From Candidatus Saccharimonadota bacterium (GTDB lineage Bacteria > Patescibacteriota > Saccharimonadia > Saccharimonadales > UBA4665): DNA of 32,000 bases. The stretch covers positions 870,001 through 902,000 of the forward strand of contig CP064992.1 of the NCBI GenBank assembly GCA_016699935.1, in the 5' to 3' direction. The translations under genes and the position numbers were made by a program. This document shows positions 28,807 to 32,000 of the stretch, piece by piece. A model generated the notes under the pieces. It made no database searches and had not been told where the DNA came from. It was given only the letters and a program-made list of their open reading frames with translations. How positions within the stretch are numbered: the first letter of the stretch is position 1; each line of letters opens with the position of its first letter.

Positions 28807-28897
28807 TAGAGTTATGAGATAAGAGTTATGAGTTAAGAGCCCAAGCCAGTAAGGTACTATACTTTTCTTATCTCTTATCTCATATCTCTTAACTCTA
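28807..28897. repeat. TAAGAG-family inverted-repeat element in the purK-purE intergenic spacer
   Basis: The left arm is tagagttatgagataagagttatgagttaagag. The right arm is cttatctcttatctcatatctcttaactcta. The spacer is 27 nt. Confidence 0.8.
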
Positions 28898-28904
28898 GTT
28901 CCCC

Positions 28905-30049
28905 TCATATGCTCAGTAGCCCCCGTGCTTTCACGGCGTTTTCACGTACTGTTTGCAAGTCCAGCCCGGTGACTGTGATATGCCCCATTTTGCGGTCGAC
29001 TTTGGTCGGGCTTTTGCCGTAAAGGTGCAGGCTTGCACCTGGTATGGCCAATACATCAGAGGTTCCTTTCACCTGGGTTTCGCCGTCGCGTTCGCCGAGG
29101 ACGTTAATCATGACAGCGGCTGGCACTAGTAGCGATGTGTCGCCTAGTGGCAGTCCGGCAATGGCGCGAATGTGCTGCTCGAACTGGCCTACGCGGCAGG
29201 CTTCGGTGGTATAGTGGCCGCTATTGTGGACGCGCGGAGCTATTTCGTTGACTAAAACGTCGCCGTCTTTGGTGAGAAACATTTCTATACCGAATGTGCC
29301 GGCACCACTGAGAAATTCGGCGACTTGCCGAGCGATGGCCTCAGCTTTTTGCGTGACCTCGGCCGAAACTGGGGCTGGCACGAGCACCTCGGTGCAAATA
29401 TTGCGTTCGTGGATAGTCTGAACGATGGGGTACAGGGCTACATTACCGTTCATGTCGCGGGCGACCATAACGGCTAATTCGCGCTCGAAGTCGATCAAAC
29501 CTTCGGCGTAGAGTGCTTTGCCCTCAAACTTACCAAGCGCTACGTCCAGCTCGGCCTGGGAGTGGACGACCATGTTGCCCCGACCATCGTAGGCGCCGTG
29601 CCGAGTTTTGATTATCATGGCACCGCCAAATGTGGCAAGCGCATCCCGGGCGGAGTCTGCCCCTGTTATTTCGGCAAATGGGGCTAAAGGCACGCCTTTT
29701 TCTAGCAAAAATTGTTTCTGGGCGTATTTGTCCTGAATAAGACGAATGGTGGACGGTGAAGGATTTATGACTGCCCCGCTCTGTTCGATCTTGGCCAAGG
29801 CATCGGCGTCAAGATGTTCGATTTCGACTGTGATGTAATCTGCTCTAGCGGACAACTCCTAAGTGCTTTTTCGTCGTATAAATTGGCGACAATTTGGCGG
29901 GCCCCAACTTGCTCGGCCGGACAATGTTCGCCTGGGTCGACAACTACAACATCAAAGCCGAGAGGTTTGGCGGCGAGAGTTAGCATGCGACCTAGCTGGC
30001 CTCCGCCGACAATACCAATGGTAGGTTTTTTTGCCGCTCCCTGTTCCAT
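28905..30049 (-). CDS. purK: N5-CAIR synthase (PurK, ATP-grasp), with one frameshift near 29858
   Basis: IGIVGGGQLGRML, YITVEIEHL, ATP-grasp core and ..NEIAPRVHNSGH.. are present. ORFs 29765..30049 and 28905..29855 join. Confidence 0.9.
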
Positions 30050-30056
30050 TACTTAC

Positions 30057-30062
30057 AGCATA
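30057..30062 (-). promoter_or_regulatory. -10-like TATGCT, 7 nt upstream of the purK ATG
   Basis: Minus strand reads atttcctgTATGCTgtaagtaATG. The layout parallels the purC and EamA upstream regions. Confidence 0.4.
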
Positions 30063-30129
30063 CAGGAAATATGGGGGTCGCACAATGGGCGTAAAAATGA
30101 AAGTGGTATGACAAATAGTATATAGTGTA

Positions 30130-30505
30130 TTGTCCGACGGATGGCAGTTCTCGGACTGCCAAGCCGACCAACTTTGGGCAGCCAAAGTTGGACAAAGCTG
30201 CCGGGGAGAATGCAAACGACCGGCTTACTTGAAATTTCTTTTGACCTGTTTGGTTCCTGCGAAACTCCCCGCCTTTGGCGGGGTCAAACATTCTCGTCAC
30301 GCATGCAGTCAAAAGAAATTTCAAATCAGTCGTTATGCATCCCCGGGTTTCAGCGACCCAACCCCGATTGCTTCGAAGTGAGCACTCACTGCAGACCGAT
30401 AATTACGAAGTTGTAGAAGCCGACAACATTCTGGCCGGGAGCCTCCGCATGGCCCCCACTAGTTACATCGCTAACGCGATAATAATTAGCGGCCTTACGG
30501 CCGCA
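30130..30505 (+). ncRNA. Element B: hairpin-rich structured element paralogous to 20016-20331 (candidate ncRNA; strand tentative)
   Basis: Hairpins: ggcagt/actgcc (30143-30160), ccaactttgg/ccaaagttgg (30168-30191), the long-range pair ttgaaatttcttttgac/gtcaaaagaaatttcaa (about 30228-30324) enclosing ccccgcc/ggcgggg, and a conserved 3' block at 30407-30505 ending in gcggccttacggccgc. TAGTAT/TATAGT boxes lie at 30116-30126. Confidence 0.4.
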
Positions 30506-30538
30506 CTCTTATCTCATATCTCTTAACTCTTAACTCTA
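30505..30538. repeat. Single CTCTTA-family arm directly after element B
   Basis: actcttatctcatatctcttaactcttaactcta. Confidence 0.7.
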
Positions 30539-30655
30539 TCTTGACTCTTCTCTTGACTCTTACCCCCATTTGGCTCGTTGCAAGTTGATTGTTTCTTGAT
30601 CTTGCACGTTGATCTTTCTTGATTCGTGCCTCATGACTCTTGCCAGGTTTTTCTG

Positions 30656-30661
30656 TATACT
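30656..30661 (+). promoter_or_regulatory. -10-like TATACT, 6 nt upstream of the purC ATG (leaderless-type)
   Basis: cttgccaggtttttctgTATACTggaagcATG. Confidence 0.45.
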
Positions 30662-30667
30662 GGAAGC

Positions 30668-31623
30668 ATGAAACATATTCTTGAGGGGACGGATTTCAAG
30701 CTGCCGGGTTGCCAGGCGGTTTTACCATGGCAAAGTGCGCGATGTCTATGACTTTGGCGACCGGCTTATGCTGGTGGCCAGTGACCGCTATAGCGCATTT
30801 GACCGGATATTGGCAGGGGTGCCCAACAAAGGTGCGCTACTAACGGCAACGAGCCAGTGGTGGTTCGAGCAGACCGCTTCGATAGTGCCAAATCACATCA
30901 TTTCTTACCCTGACCCAAATGTGGCATATTGTAAAAATACGAAGTTATCCCGCTAGAAATGGTGGTGCGAGGCTATATAACGGAGTTACCAACACCTCTC
31001 TGTGGCACACCTATTCGAACGGACAGCGCGATTACGGCACCTTTCAGCTTCCTGACGGGCTAAAAAAGAATGATAAACTACCCGAGCCAGTGCTGACCCC
31101 AACTACCAAGTTTGAGATACATGACCGCAATCTTACTCCGGCCGAAGCACTTACAGAAGGGCTTTTGAAGGATGAAGTTTGGCAACGTGTTAGTGACTAT
31201 GCCCTGCAACTTTTTACTTTTGGCCAGAAGGTGTCCGAAGCCAAAGGGTTGCTGCTGGTCGACACTAAGTACGAGTTTGGTCTGACGCCACAAGGTGAGA
31301 TTATTCTAATAGATGAAATACACACGCAAGATTCATCGCGCTATTGGCTGACAGAAAGCTACCAACAGCGGATTGACGAGGGTGTCGAACCAGACAATTA
31401 CGACAAAGAATATCTGCGGTTATGGTTCAAGGAGCGTTTCGACCCTTATGCAGATACGCCTGCACCAGAAGTACCAGCCGAGATCATCGAAGAGTTGGAG
31501 CGCCGATACCGGTTTGTTTACGAAAGTTTGGCTGGCCAGGCGTTTGAAGAACCCGATACAACGGACATTGTGAAGCGGATTGAAGCAAATGTACTGCGTA
31601 CACTGGGACAACATGAGAGTTAA
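30668..31623 (+). CDS. purC: SAICAR synthetase (long form), with two frameshifts (about 30710 and about 30950)
   Basis: YHGKVRDVYDFGDRLMLVASDRYSAFD, LEMVVRGYITG (after correction), LLLVDTKYEFG and IDEIHTQDSSRYW are present. The stop codon lies inside a TAAGAG repeat arm. Confidence 0.9.
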
Positions 31624-31705
31624 GAGTTATGAGATAAGAGATAAGATTTGTGCTTCGCACAGCGTATTCCCTATCTTACTCCTTAACTCTTATCTCTTAA
31701 CTCTA
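31615..31705. repeat. TAAGAG-family inverted-repeat element overlapping the purC stop codon
   Basis: The left arm is gagagttaagagttatgagataagagataag. The central hairpin is tgtgc-ttc-gcaca. The right arm is cttactccttaactcttatctcttaactcta. Confidence 0.8.
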
Positions 31706-31722
31706 ACCGCTAAGGAGCATGC

Positions 31723-31830
31723 ATGAGCTTGCAGCCACTAGATTTACCTACCCCAACTAAAGAAGGAGAAATGAAAAAAATTACCCATTACCCTGTCGCC
31801 TGTCACCATACATTTACCATTATCCATTAG
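31723..31830 (+). other. 35-codon ORF whose first 12 codons duplicate the purB start (relic or leader ORF)
   Basis: MSLQPLDLPTPT-KEGEMKKITHYPVACHHTFTIIH*. SD aaggag lies upstream. The first 36 nt match 31924-31959 with 5 mismatches. Confidence 0.3.
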
Positions 31831-31923
31831 CCATGAATCCCGGGCCAATAGTGACAGGTTAATTGCGTATATTAGGCCACAGGCCACAGGTTACAAGCCA
31901 ATCTTCCCGGAGGGGAGCTTCTC

Positions 31924-32000
31924 ATGACTCTGCAACCACTAGATTTACCCACCCCAACTGACGACAACCGTTTCAATGCGGTTGATCCGCTCGATGGCCG
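31924..32000 (+). CDS. purB: Adenylosuccinate lyase, 5' end (runs off the window)
   Basis: MTLQPLDLPTPTDDNRFNAVDPLDGR resembles the E. coli-type PurB N-terminus (..AVSPVDGRY..). SD ggagggga lies upstream, and the gene follows purC. Confidence 0.65.
   Translation, partial: MTLQPLDLPTPTDDNRFNAVDPLDG

Noticed and set aside
30205-30225. gcaaacgaccggcttac resembles the RNase P RNA ACAGAAnCCGGCUUA region.
   Set aside because: There is no GAGGAAAGUCCGGGC-type P4 5' strand or other RNase P conserved regions on either strand, and the motif is not shared by element A.
30130-30505. A purine-pathway riboswitch (ZTP/pfl, guanine or PRPP class) upstream of purC or purK.
   Set aside because: I could not find the conserved cores as I remember them (for example GGGUCGUGACUGGCG...CCGCCUGGGC for ZTP, or the purine three-way junction). 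I saw only loose resemblances (ccgcatggcc, gggtcgctga). A paralog also sits at the 3' end of the operon, where a riboswitch makes no sense. Rfam cmscan is still needed for certainty.
1-32000. tRNA, rRNA, tmRNA or SRP genes, and transposase, integrase or phage genes.
   Set aside because: Scanning by eye found no T-loop/acceptor patterns (GGTTCGAATCC-like), no rRNA-like blocks, and no ORF with recombinase or transposase motifs. A tRNAscan/Infernal run would be the definitive check.

Overview
This is a 32-kb bacterial chromosomal window with dense coding on both strands. I found no rRNA, tRNA, CRISPR, transposase or integrase.

Gene content, left to right:
- MarP-like CvpA-protease (partial).
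- An envelope glycosylation trio: flippase-like membrane protein, GT-C transferase and GT2 synthase.
- An RRM RNA-binding protein.
- An SLT lytic transglycosylase.
- An EamA transporter.
- A bacterial NOX-type bis-heme flavocytochrome.
- A hicB-hicA toxin-antitoxin pair.
- A tightly coupled six-gene minus-strand operon: Ldh_2 dehydrogenase, cupin, YbaK/ProX, PhzF-like, PNPOx-like, SDR.
- ApbE plus a membrane-anchored FMN-binding protein.
- thrC.
- A P-loop protein.
- A DsbA-like protein plus a CAAC-motif membrane protein.
- A GH13/CBM48 glucan enzyme.
- A purine block: purK-purE-purM-purL(large)-purO-like-purH on the minus strand, with divergent purC and the start of purB.

Main observations:
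1. Many genes are broken by 1-nt frameshifts. At every site I checked, adding one base to a short homopolymer restores the frame. Assembly error is therefore more likely than decay, and I give full-length spans.
2. The window is unusually rich in repeat and hairpin families. Several copies sit in-frame inside purL.
3. Two paralogous, hairpin-rich elements of about 320-380 nt show compensatory stem changes. They bracket the pur operon in direct orientation and are the best candidate for something undescribed.
4. First genes of transcription units carry a TATACT-like box 5-8 nt upstream of the ATG, which suggests leaderless mRNAs.

All functional calls rest on motif recognition by eye. No database search was run.
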